Source: a bacterium
GTDB taxonomy: Bacteria > Elusimicrobiota > Elusimicrobia > UBA1565 > UBA9628
NCBI GenBank assembly: GCA_021806745.1
Contig: JAJZQS010000001.1
Coordinates: 1 to 53,312 of the forward strand
DNA length: 53,312 bases
Reading direction: 5' to 3'
The notes below the pieces were generated by a model. It made no database searches and was not told where the DNA came from. It worked only from the letters and a program-made list of their open reading frames with translations. The position numbers and the translations under genes were made by a program. Numbering within the stretch: position 1 is the stretch's first letter; each line of letters opens with the position of its first letter. This document shows, piece after piece, positions 1 to 8,273 of this stretch.

Positions 1-1
1 C

Positions 2-1507
2 CTGAGCTGGGACGGCAGCGGCAACCCATCCTCGACGACCTATTACGTGGTCTGGTCCGTGGCCGGAAGCTCCTCGGTCGTCTTCTCGACGGCCTCGGTC
101 AACGTCGGCTCGACGACGGCCACGATCAACTCTCTGCCCGGCGGCCAAACCGTCACCTTCCAGGTCCAATCGGTCAACGCGGCGGGCATCCCTTCGCCGT
201 TCGACGTGGCTCAGTCGACGACGTTCCCGCCCATCAACAACCAGGCCGTGATCAGTTCGGGCACCTACGCGCTGGGATCTTCGTCGATCGCCTGGTCCTG
301 GTCCGCCAGCACCGGCGCGATCAACTACCAACTCTTCGAGGAATCCGGAACCGCGGCCTCGCCGTTGCTGGGTCCCAATCAACTCTCCTACGTCCAGACC
401 GGCCTGACGCCCAACACCACCTACACCGACTACATCGAGTCCTACGGCCTGACCAGTTCGACGAACTCGGCGGCCTACACCGCCTACACGCTGGCCAAAG
501 CCACCACCGGGCTGACCTTGCTCGAAGTCTCCTCGGCGACGGCCTCCGCGACGCTGTCCTGGGACGCCGACGACAACCCGCCCGGCACGACCTATGAAGT
601 CGAGTGGTGGACCAAGCTCACCTCGACGATCACCGTGTCCACGCAGACGACGACCGCCGTCTTGAGCAATCTCTCCGGAGGCGCCACGCTGTATTTCACC
701 GTGCAGGCGCAAAACTACGCGGGCATGCTCTCCGACTACGACGCGACGCTCTACGGCGTGACGCCGTCGACCTCGTTTCCGATCAGCATCGTGACCGTGC
801 CCGCGGACGCGCAGGGGTCGCTGACCTTCGTGCTGCCGTCCTCGGTCGTGGGCGTCAGCTTCGCCTCGGGAACCTTCAACCAAAGCGTCAACATGATCGC
901 CCAGCAAGTCTCGGCCTCGCAGTTGTTCCCGCCGCCGGCCGTTCCGGCCGACGCCGTGCCCATCACCGGAAGCGGCGGCCAGCCCATCCTCTTCCAGGTC
1001 TCGGCGTTCAGCGTTTCCGGCGCGTCGGTGACGCCCACCGCAGCGGTCACCGTGTCGGCCTCCTACATCCCCTCGCAAATCGGCGGGGTCGATCCGGGAT
1101 CGCTGACCATCAACTACGACGACCCCATCCACGGCTGGATTGCGCTGGCCAGTTCGCGCGGGCCCAACAACACGCTGACCGTGGTGTCCAATTCGCTGGG
1201 CTACTTCCAGGTCTTCGGCGCCTCCCCGCCGTCCACCTTGGCGCAGATCACGGTCGGCCCCAATCCCCTGCGGCCGGTCGTCAATCCCGGGCAGCTGATG
1301 ACTTTCCGCAACCTGCCTCCGGGCACGCGCGTGCGCATCTTCACCTACATCGGCGAGAAGATCGCCGACATCGCCGCCGACGGCTCGGGCAACGCGGGCT
1401 GGGACGGACGCAACGCCGCGGGAAGCTACGTGGCCAGCGGCGTTTACCTCGCCGTGATCCAGGGCGGCGGGATCAAGAAAATCATGCGCGTGGCCGTCGA
1501 GCGATGA
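2..1507 (+). CDS. Cell-surface/secreted repeat protein, 3' portion only (5' end outside window): fibronectin-III-like repeats plus a C-terminal FlgD-Ig/T9SS-type sorting domain
   Basis: The frame is open from nt 2 (LSWDGSGNPSSTTYYVVW precedes the listed Met at 47). An Fn3-like signature (LSW..D.NP..TTY.V.W) recurs three times. The C-terminus NPGQLMTFRNLPPGTRVRIFTYIGEKIADI..GWDGRNAAGSYVASGVYLAVIQ..KKIMRVAVER matches the beta-sandwich tail of T9SS/FlgD-Ig type cargo. Confidence 0.75.
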   Translation: MSWDGSGNPSSTTYYVVWSVAGSSSVVFSTASVNVGSTTATINSLPGGQTVTFQVQSVNAAGIPSPFDVAQSTTFPPINNQAVISSGTYALGSSSIAWSWSASTGAINYQLFEESGTAASPLLGPNQLSYVQTGLTPNTTYTDYIESYGLTSSTNSAAYTAYTLAKATTGLTLLEVSSATASATLSWDADDNPPGTTYEVEWWTKLTSTITVSTQTTTAVLSNLSGGATLYFTVQAQNYAGMLSDYDATLYGVTPSTSFPISIVTVPADAQGSLTFVLPSSVVGVSFASGTFNQSVNMIAQQVSASQLFPPPAVPADAVPITGSGGQPILFQVSAFSVSGASVTPTAAVTVSASYIPSQIGGVDPGSLTINYDDPIHGWIALASSRGPNNTLTVVSNSLGYFQVFGASPPSTLAQITVGPNPLRPVVNPGQLMTFRNLPPGTRVRIFTYIGEKIADIAADGSGNAGWDGRNAAGSYVASGVYLAVIQGGGIKKIMRVAVER

Positions 1508-1511
1508 CGCG

Positions 1512-2474
1512 ATGAGGCCGACGCGCCGCTTTCTGGCCGCCGCGGCGGCGCTGACGCTTGCCGCCGCGCCCGCGCGCGCGGGCTTCGAGACGCTCGACGT
1601 GGGCACCACCGGCGCGCAGTTCTTGGAACTGGGCGCCGGCGCGCGCGCCGAAGGCATGGGCGGCGCCTACGGCGCCGTCGTCGACGACGCCGACTCGATC
1701 TATTGGAACCCCGCCGGTCTTGCCCGCATCCAAGGACATTCCGCGTCGTTCATGGCCGAGACTCTGCCCGCCGGCATCAACTACGAATACATGGGCTACG
1801 GCCAGTCGCTGGGAAAAATGGGCGCGTTCGGCGCCGGCATCCAGTACCTGACCCAGCCCGGCATCGACCAGACCGACGTCTCCGGCACGCCCACCGGCAG
1901 CACGTTCCACCCCAGCGACTTGGCCGCGAGCGTGGGCTACGGCTACATGGTCCACAACGAGGATCTCGGAATCTTCGACGGCGCCAGTTTCGGAGCGACC
2001 GTCAAATACGTCCAGTCGACCATCACCCGCACCGCCGACACCTTCGCGCTGGACGTGGGCTTTGTCAGCGCGCCCTTCAGCGTTTTCGACCGCGACGTGC
2101 GCCTGTCCTACGGCGCGCAGAATCTCGGCGGCCAGCTCAAGTTCCAGGCCGCCTCCGACCCGCTGCCCCAGAACCTGCGCTTCGGAACCTCGATGGGCCT
2201 GACCGACGACTGGCTTTTGGCGCTGGACCTCGACGAGCCGGTCAACAACCAGCCCTACGCCGCGCTGGGCACGGAATACCGCATCGACTTCGACGGCGGC
2301 CAATTCGCGCTGCGCGGGGGACTCAACTCGCGCTCGATCGGCCAGGCCGGCTCTTTCGACGGGCTGACGCTCGGCCTGGGCGCGAAGTTCCACGACATCG
2401 GCTTCGACTACGCGTTCGCGCCGCTGGGCGTGTTGGGAATGACGAACTACCTGTCGTTGAACTATTCGTTCTGA
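1512..2474 (+). CDS. PorV/PorQ-like outer-membrane beta-barrel protein
   Basis: It has a signal peptide (AAAALTLAAAPARA). The N-terminal motif GARAEGMGGAYGAVVDDADSIYWNPAGLA is typical of PorV/PorQ-type barrels. It shows an alternating beta-strand pattern and a terminal aromatic (LNYSF). The start is 4 nt after the upstream stop. Confidence 0.7.
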   Translation: MRPTRRFLAAAAALTLAAAPARAGFETLDVGTTGAQFLELGAGARAEGMGGAYGAVVDDADSIYWNPAGLARIQGHSASFMAETLPAGINYEYMGYGQSLGKMGAFGAGIQYLTQPGIDQTDVSGTPTGSTFHPSDLAASVGYGYMVHNEDLGIFDGASFGATVKYVQSTITRTADTFALDVGFVSAPFSVFDRDVRLSYGAQNLGGQLKFQAASDPLPQNLRFGTSMGLTDDWLLALDLDEPVNNQPYAALGTEYRIDFDGGQFALRGGLNSRSIGQAGSFDGLTLGLGAKFHDIGFDYAFAPLGVLGMTNYLSLNYSF

Positions 2475-3736
2475 CGCGCGTTTCCCGGCATCAGCCGGAA
2501 AAACGAGAAGACCGCCAGCGCGCCCAGCGCGCAGAAGGTCCCGCCGGCCTGCAGCGCGAAGCCCGAGGAAGTGCGCGAGGCGAGCAGGCCCAGCCAGAAA
2601 CTGCCCACGGGCATGCCGCCGCCGAAGGCCAGCGCCCAAATGCCCATGATCCGGCCGCGCAGCCGGTCCGGCGACTGCGTCTGCACGAGGCTGTTGCCCA
2701 CCGAGAAAAAAAGGATGATGCCGAAGCCCGCGAAAAACAGCGCCGCCTCCGCCGGAAGCGCCCTATGCGCGGCGCCAAACAGCGCGATGAACGCGGAAAA
2801 CATCGCCGTGCCCGCGTAAAGAACGCGCGCGCCGAGCAGGCGCTCGCCGCCCGCGGCCACGAGCATCGCCGCCGCGCAAGCGCCCGCGCCGTTGAACACG
2901 AGCAGCCGCCCATAGCCTCCCGCGCCCATCTTCAACTGCGTGACCGCGAACGCCGACATCTGCGATTGATAGGCCCAGCCGCCAAGCCCCATCACGAACA
3001 AAAGCGCGATGGCCTCGGCGATGCTCGGGTTGGTCTTCAGGTAGCCGAAGCCCTCCAGCGCGTGACGCAAACCGCCGCGTTCCCGGCGGCGCGCGTAGTG
3101 CTCGGGCGGCAGGCGGATGCGGCTGATCGCGTAGAGAACGGCCAGGTAGCTCAGCGCGTCGACCAAGAAACACCACGCCGAGCCGACGGTGGCCAGCAGC
3201 GCGCCCCCGATCGCCGGGCCGATCACGCGCGTCGAGTTGACCATGGCGCTGTTGAGCGCGATCGCGTTGACGAGGTCGTCCTTGCCGACGAGGTCCACCA
3301 TCAAGGTCTGGCGCGCCGGCATCTCGAAGGCCATCGCCGTGCCCCACAGCGTCGCGAAGACCATCAGATAGCCGATGTGCACGGGCCCGTGAAAGAGCAT
3401 CAGCGCCAGCGCCAAAGACGAGCACAATGCGAACCAACTGGTCGCCTCGAAGATGCGTATCTTCGGGATCCGGTCGGCCAAGGCCCCGGCGTAGGTGACG
3501 AACAAAAACAACGGCAAGGAGTTCAGCGTGAACACCAGCCCCAGCAGGAACTGGGAGCGCGCGGCCTGAAACGCGACCCAACCCAGAGCCGCCGAGCGCG
3601 TCCAGGTTCCGATCAGCGAGACGCTCTGGCCGATGTAGAAATAGCGGTAGTTCGGATTGCGCAGCGCCGAGAACATCCGGCGCCAGCCCTCGGCCGACGC
3701 CCGGCCGGATTTCGACGGCGCGCTCGCGGTCTCCAC
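2462..3736 (-). CDS. MFS transporter (EntS/MFS_3-like exporter)
   Basis: Polytopic hydrophobic protein of 424 aa. The N-terminal RNPNYRYFYIGQSVSLIGTW motif is typical of this MFS subfamily. GTG start lies 4 nt after the marR-family stop. Its 3' end overlaps the convergent porV-like gene by 13 nt. Confidence 0.8.
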   Translation of the reverse strand: METASAPSKSGRASAEGWRRMFSALRNPNYRYFYIGQSVSLIGTWTRSAALGWVAFQAARSQFLLGLVFTLNSLPLFLFVTYAGALADRIPKIRIFEATSWFALCSSLALALMLFHGPVHIGYLMVFATLWGTAMAFEMPARQTLMVDLVGKDDLVNAIALNSAMVNSTRVIGPAIGGALLATVGSAWCFLVDALSYLAVLYAISRIRLPPEHYARRRERGGLRHALEGFGYLKTNPSIAEAIALLFVMGLGGWAYQSQMSAFAVTQLKMGAGGYGRLLVFNGAGACAAAMLVAAGGERLLGARVLYAGTAMFSAFIALFGAAHRALPAEAALFFAGFGIILFFSVGNSLVQTQSPDRLRGRIMGIWALAFGGGMPVGSFWLGLLASRTSSGFALQAGGTFCALGALAVFSFFRLMPGNARQNE

Positions 3737-3740
3737 GCGC

Positions 3741-4166
3741 CTAGCTCGACAGCAGGCGCGTCAACTCGCGCGCCCGCCGCCCCAATTCCTCGCGCCGCGA
3801 CGCGGACAAGGACGCGAGTCGGCGGTCCAGGCTCGAAAACGCCCGCGCGTAGGCGGTGTCCAGGCTCTTCTCGGCTTTCGCCGTCAGGCGCAGTTCCACG
3901 CGCCGCCGGTCCTCGGCTCTCGCCGCTTTCTTTATAAATCCCGCGCGCGACATGGCCGAAACCATGATCGAGGCCGCCGGCTGGCTGACGCCGAACTCCT
4001 GGGACAGACCGCCGACATGGCGCACGCCGCGCCGGATCGCGGCGAGCATCCGGAACTGCGTCAGCGTCGGCTCTCCGGGAGCGCCGATCTCGCGGCGCAC
4101 GATGCGCTTGAGCGCCGACGACAGCTCCATCAAATCCCGGGACAGCGCGCGCGGCTCTTTTTTCAC
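3741..4166 (-). CDS. MarR-family transcriptional regulator
   Basis: The winged-helix segment LTQFRMLAAIRRG..HVGGLSQEFGVSQPAASIMVSAMSRAGFIKK...DRRRVELRLT is MarR-like. GTG start. It lies directly upstream of the MFS gene. Confidence 0.85.
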   Translation of the reverse strand: MKKEPRALSRDLMELSSALKRIVRREIGAPGEPTLTQFRMLAAIRRGVRHVGGLSQEFGVSQPAASIMVSAMSRAGFIKKAARAEDRRRVELRLTAKAEKSLDTAYARAFSSLDRRLASLSASRREELGRRARELTRLLSS

Positions 4167-4230
4167 ATGTACATAATATATAATCTATATATATAAATAC
4201 AGCCGCTTCGGCGGCGAAGAGGAGACCGCG
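4167..4230. promoter_or_regulatory. AT-rich divergent promoter/operator region between marR-MFS (-) and the isochorismatase-family gene (+)
   Basis: A 34-nt nearly pure A/T island (atgtacataatatataatctatatatataaatac) sits in an otherwise GC-rich window. It contains the perfect palindrome ATGTACAT abutting the marR GTG. On the minus strand TATATT (4180..4175) lies 8 nt from the GTG. On the plus strand TATAAA lies at 4192-4197, followed by a GCCGC-TTCG-GCGGC hairpin (4202-4215) and SD GAGGAG (4219-4224). Confidence 0.6.
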
Positions 4231-4803
4231 ATGAACATCGACGCGCGCAAGACGGCCGTTCTGGCGATGGACCTCCAGATGGGGATTTTTGACTTCGCTC
4301 CCGGAGCCCGGGCGTGCCTCCCGCAGGCCGCGCGCGCCGCGCAGGCCGCCCGCGACGCGGGGATGCTGCTGATTCATGTCGGCCTCGGCTTCGAGCCGGG
4401 CTACCCGGAGATCAGCCCTCGCCACCCGCGGTTCTCGATGCTCAAGGATCGCGGCCTGTTCGTCGTCGGCTCCGAATCGGCCCGCGTGCACGCAGACATC
4501 ATCCGCCCCGGAGAGCTCCTCGTATGTAAACGACGCGTCGGCGCGTTTTCCGGCAGCACGCTGGGCATGATCCTGAGCTCGCGCGGCGTCGAGAACCTGG
4601 TCATGTTCGGCGTGTCCACCAGCGGCGTCGTCTTGTCCACGCTGCGCGCCGCCAGCGACATGGACTATCGCTGCGTCGTGATCAAGGACGCCTGCTTCGA
4701 TCCCGACCCGGAGGTCCACCGCGTGCTGACCGAGAAGGTCTTCCCGGCCCAGGCCGAGGTCGCGACCGCCGACGAGTTCGCCTCGGCGCGGGCGGCCGCC
4801 TAG
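4231..4803 (+). CDS. Isochorismatase-family cysteine hydrolase
   Basis: TAVLAMDLQ...LIHV...KRRVGAFSGSTL...LVMFGVSTSGVVLSTLRAASDMDYRCVVIKDAC is the classical isochorismatase/cysteine-hydrolase layout (D..K..C triad context). An SD lies 6 nt upstream. Confidence 0.8.
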   Translation: MNIDARKTAVLAMDLQMGIFDFAPGARACLPQAARAAQAARDAGMLLIHVGLGFEPGYPEISPRHPRFSMLKDRGLFVVGSESARVHADIIRPGELLVCKRRVGAFSGSTLGMILSSRGVENLVMFGVSTSGVVLSTLRAASDMDYRCVVIKDACFDPDPEVHRVLTEKVFPAQAEVATADEFASARAAA

Positions 4804-4825
4804 GGCGGATTGCTATGATCGGCGC

Positions 4826-6085
4826 ATGAAGGTCCTTCTGCTCGGCTCGGGCGCGCGCGAGCACTCCATCGCCTGGAAACTGCGCCAAAGCCCGCGCCTG
4901 AGCCGCCTTTGGGCGGCGCCGGGCTCCGACGCGATCTCGGGGCTCGCGGAAATCGCGCGGGTCAACGCTCTTGATCCCGCCTCCGTCGCCGCGTTCTGTC
5001 GTGAAAACGCGGTCGACCTGCTCTTCGTCGGTCCGGAAGCGCCGCTGGAAGCCGGGGTCGCCGACGCCGCGCGCGCGGCGGGAATAAAAGTTTTCGGCCC
5101 CTCGCGCGAGGCCGCGCGACTGGAGACCTCCAAGGCGTTCGCCAAAAGCTTCATGTCCCGCCACCGGGTGCCGACCGCGCGCTCCCTGGTCGCGCACAGC
5201 GCCGCCGACGCCAAGGCCGCCGCGCGCGAGTTCGCGGGCTCGTGCGCGGTCAAGGCCGACGGCTTGGCCGCGGGCAAGGGCGTCGTCGTCTGCGGAAGTC
5301 TCGCCGAGGCCGAGGCCGCCGCCGACGCGCTGTCGGCCACGCCGGCCGGCGCGCGCCTGGTCGTGGAGGAGCGCCTGGAGGGTCCGGAACTGACCGCGAT
5401 GCTCCTCGTCGACGGGAAAAATTGGTCGGCGCTGCCCTTGAGCCGTGATCACAAACGCCTTCTCGACGGCGACGCCGGCCCCAACACCGGCGGCATGGGC
5501 GCGCTGTCGCCCGCGCCGATTGCGCCCGCCGACTGGAAGCGCGCGCGCAGCGAGATATTCGACCGCACGCTCGCGGGCCTGCGCGCCGACGGCCTCGACT
5601 ACCGCGGCGCGCTCTATGTCGGGCTGATGATGACCGCCGACGGCCCCCGGGTGATCGAATACAACGCTCGGCTCGGAGATCCGGAGACCCAAACGGTCCT
5701 GCCGCTTTTGGACGCCGACTTGCTGACGCTGGCCGAACGCTGCGCGGACGGCCGCCTCGGCGAGGGTCCGATTCCCGCCGCCGCCGGCGCGTGCGTGGGC
5801 GTCACCCTGGCCTCGCCCGGCTACCCGGACTCTCCGCGCGCGGGAGTCGACATCGACCTCTCCGCGGTCGACGGGATGCCCGGCGTCATGATCTTCCACG
5901 CCGGCACGCGCAAGACGGACGGCGGCTGGCGAGCCGTCGGCGGGCGGGTGCTCACCGTGGTCGGACGCGGCGGCGACCTCGCCGCCGCGCGCTCGCGCGC
6001 CTACGAAGCGGTCGCGAAAGTCCGCGCGCCCGGCCTGCTGTGGCGAAGCGACATCGCGGCCGCGACGGCCTCCTCCGGAGTCTGA
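4826..6085 (+). CDS. purD: Phosphoribosylamine--glycine ligase
   Basis: MKVLLLGSGAREHSIAWKL, ATP-grasp core, GDPETQ, 419 aa. Confidence 0.95.
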   Translation: MKVLLLGSGAREHSIAWKLRQSPRLSRLWAAPGSDAISGLAEIARVNALDPASVAAFCRENAVDLLFVGPEAPLEAGVADAARAAGIKVFGPSREAARLETSKAFAKSFMSRHRVPTARSLVAHSAADAKAAAREFAGSCAVKADGLAAGKGVVVCGSLAEAEAAADALSATPAGARLVVEERLEGPELTAMLLVDGKNWSALPLSRDHKRLLDGDAGPNTGGMGALSPAPIAPADWKRARSEIFDRTLAGLRADGLDYRGALYVGLMMTADGPRVIEYNARLGDPETQTVLPLLDADLLTLAERCADGRLGEGPIPAAAGACVGVTLASPGYPDSPRAGVDIDLSAVDGMPGVMIFHAGTRKTDGGWRAVGGRVLTVVGRGGDLAAARSRAYEAVAKVRAPGLLWRSDIAAATASSGV

Positions 6086-6089
6086 GCGC

Positions 6090-6794
6090 TTGCCTCGCGC
6101 GTTTCCTTCCGAACTCTGGGTGAAGCGCTTTCGACGCTTCCTGTCGGCCGGCGCCCAAGGCGACGCGGCCCACGACCTCGAGCATCTGCGCCGCGTGGCG
6201 GCCAACGCCCTGGCCCTCGCTCGCGCCGAGGGAGCGCGCCCGGAGATCGTGCTCGCCGCCGCGTGGCTGCACGACTGCGTGATCGTGCCGAAGAATTCTC
6301 CGCGGCGCGCGCAAGCGTCCGCCCTATCGGCGCGCCGCGCGGGGCTGTTCCTGCGCCGCGCCGGCTTCCCCTCCGCCCTGATCCCCGCGGTCGAGCATGC
6401 GATCGAGGCTCACAGCTTTTCGGCCGGCGTGACGCCGCGCACGCCGGAGGCGCGCGTCGTCCAGGATGCCGACCGGCTGGACGCCCTGGGCGCCGTCGGC
6501 ATCGCGCGCTGCTTTACCGTCGGCGGCGCTCTCGGTCGCGCGCTCTACGCGCCCGGCTCGGTCCGCGCCCGCCGAATCGACGACGCGCGCTACACCGTGG
6601 ATCATTTCCACGCGAAACTGCTGCGGTTGGAAAAAACGATGACCACGACCGCGGGACGCCGCGAGGCGCGGCGTCGAACCGCGTTCATGCGGACCTACCT
6701 GCGCCGTCTCGACGAGGAGATCGGCGCGGTCAAGCCGCCCGCCGCCAAAACTCGGCGCGCAACATCCCGCCCAGGAGCCTACGCTCGTCGCTGA
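6090..6794 (+). CDS. HD-domain metal-dependent phosphohydrolase
   Basis: HDLEHLRRV...AAWLHDCV...QDADRLDALGAVGIARCF is the HD superfamily motif series. TTG start lies 4 nt after the purD stop. The 3' end overlaps the convergent methyltransferase gene by 65 nt. Confidence 0.75.
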   Translation: MPRAFPSELWVKRFRRFLSAGAQGDAAHDLEHLRRVAANALALARAEGARPEIVLAAAWLHDCVIVPKNSPRRAQASALSARRAGLFLRRAGFPSALIPAVEHAIEAHSFSAGVTPRTPEARVVQDADRLDALGAVGIARCFTVGGALGRALYAPGSVRARRIDDARYTVDHFHAKLLRLEKTMTTTAGRREARRRTAFMRTYLRRLDEEIGAVKPPAAKTRRATSRPGAYARR

Positions 6795-7371
6795 GCCGCC
6801 ATCCCGCCGCGCGCAACGCCGCGCCGTGGTCGGGAAGGCGAGTCGTTCGCAGTCCGGTCAAAATCCTGAACGCCAGATACAGCGCGCGCACGAGCGCGGC
6901 CGAGGGCATCGCCCAAAATCCGGAGGCGATCGAGAACTCCGACACCACCCAAACGGCTTGCGCCGAGAGGCTCGGGTTCAGGCGCTCGGCCAGAGCCGCG
7001 ACCTCCTCGGTCGTCAGGCAGTCCAGAAAGAAATGCGTCGCGACCAGGTCGTAGCCTGCGCCCGGAGGCGAGAAGTCCCTGGCGTCGGCCAGGTGAGTGC
7101 GCGCGCGCGGCGCTCGCTCGCGCAGGAGCTCCAGCATCCGCGCGCTGGCATCCACGCAGTCGGCCGAAAGCCCCGGCGCCGCCGCCGTCAGACGCGAGGT
7201 GAACCTCCCGTCTCCGTCGCCGAAGATCAGCGCTTTTCGGCGGTCGGCCAGCGCCGGAATAAACGCGAAGCGGCAGCGCTCGAGAGCGCGCGCGAAAGTC
7301 ATGTACTCAAGCCAGCGATAGGCCCGCGCGACGCCGTCGAAATTCCCGGGCGCCTCGCGCCGAGCGCTCAC
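6730..7371 (-). CDS. Class I SAM-dependent methyltransferase
   Basis: Motif I ALIFGDGDGRF, then DLVATHFFLDCL. The GTG start overlaps the stop of the upstream membrane-protein gene (GTGA at 7368-7371). Only the C-terminal 213 codons of the listed 458-aa ORF look protein-like. Confidence 0.7.
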   Translation of the reverse strand: MSARREAPGNFDGVARAYRWLEYMTFARALERCRFAFIPALADRRKALIFGDGDGRFTSRLTAAAPGLSADCVDASARMLELLRERAPRARTHLADARDFSPPGAGYDLVATHFFLDCLTTEEVAALAERLNPSLSAQAVWVVSEFSIASGFWAMPSAALVRALYLAFRILTGLRTTRLPDHGAALRAAGWRLSDERRLLGGMLRAEFWRRAA

Positions 7372-8159
7372 GGCCGGGGCCAGAACGGCAGGACCAAAAT
7401 CGGCGTGCACAGCGCCAGGTCCGCGGCCACGCGCAAATCCAGCGCGTCCAGACTGGGCGCAAGCCTGGCCAGCACGGCGCAGGCCGCCGCGCTCAGCGCT
7501 CCGGCCGCGAACGCGCCGCGCGACGCGGGCGCGAACGCGATCCCCGCCGCCGCCGCCGCCGCCAGCGCCGCCGCGCCGAGCTCGAGCGTTCGGCCCCGCG
7601 CCGCGCCCAAATCTCGACGCTCGTAGGCGGCGTCCTCCCAACGCTGGATCGCCGCGCAATTCCACCAGCAGAGTCCGGCAAACAGCGCCGCCGCGGGCGC
7701 GGCCGACAGCGGCCGCGGAGAGCGCGCCAAGGCCGGCATCGCCACGGCCGAGGCGAAAATGACGCCCACCAGCATTTCCTTGGGCAGCCGGCGGCCGCCG
7801 CGGCCGTGCACGGCGGCGAAATAGGCCAGAAAGGGCGCCGCCAAGATCGCGTCGCCGCGCAGCACGCTGCGGCTCATCCGCGGCAGGAAATAGAAGAGAA
7901 ACGCCGCGGCGGCCAGCGCCAGGCCCGCCGCGAACGCGCGCGCATGCCGGGCGTGGAATTCGTGGCGCGGGCGCAAAGTCTCGCGCGGGCGGCGCGCGTC
8001 GAGCAGGCGGTCGAGCGCGTACACGCTCCAGGTCGCCAGCGCCAAAAGCCACGGCGCGAACGCGGGCAAGGGTGCGTTCGCCGCTCGCGCCAGCAACACG
8101 CACCACAGCGCCGCGACGGTCGGCGCGTCAAGAGAGGCCAGATGCCACAGCTCCAGCAC
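7368..8159 (-). CDS. Polytopic membrane protein, possibly UbiA-like (DxxxD motif YALDRLLD)
   Basis: Only the C-terminal ~263 codons of the 691-aa ORF are hydrophobic and TM-like. The GTG at 8159 is preceded by TAGAAT (8170..8165) with a 5-nt spacer. The rest of the ORF is antisense to the colD-like gene. Confidence 0.55.
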   Translation of the reverse strand: MLELWHLASLDAPTVAALWCVLLARAANAPLPAFAPWLLALATWSVYALDRLLDARRPRETLRPRHEFHARHARAFAAGLALAAAAFLFYFLPRMSRSVLRGDAILAAPFLAYFAAVHGRGGRRLPKEMLVGVIFASAVAMPALARSPRPLSAAPAAALFAGLCWWNCAAIQRWEDAAYERRDLGAARGRTLELGAAALAAAAAAGIAFAPASRGAFAAGALSAAACAVLARLAPSLDALDLRVAADLALCTPILVLPFWPRP

Positions 8160-8235
8160 GCCCCATTCTACGATTTGCGGACCCAGGAGCCGCAGGATGA
8201 GACTCCCAGGCGGAATCGGGGCGGTCGCGCGCCGA

Positions 8236-8264
8236 TTGACCCCCGCGGCGGCAAAGGTTAGAAT
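8236..8264 (+). promoter_or_regulatory. Sigma-70-type promoter TTGACC-17-TAGAAT; -10 ends 9 nt before the ATG at 8274 (leaderless or near-leaderless)
   Basis: TTGACC at 8236-8241 and TAGAAT at 8259-8264, read directly from the sequence. Confidence 0.6.
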
Positions 8265-8273
8265 CGCGCTTCC

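Noticed and set aside
1482-6205. Several long alternative-frame ORFs (1482-2639 -, 1703-3937 +, 3613-4719 -, 4682-6205 -)
   Set aside because: Each overlaps a gene with clear family motifs (PorV-like, MFS, MarR, isochorismatase, purD) in another frame or strand, and is compositionally Arg/Ala/Gly/Pro-biased.
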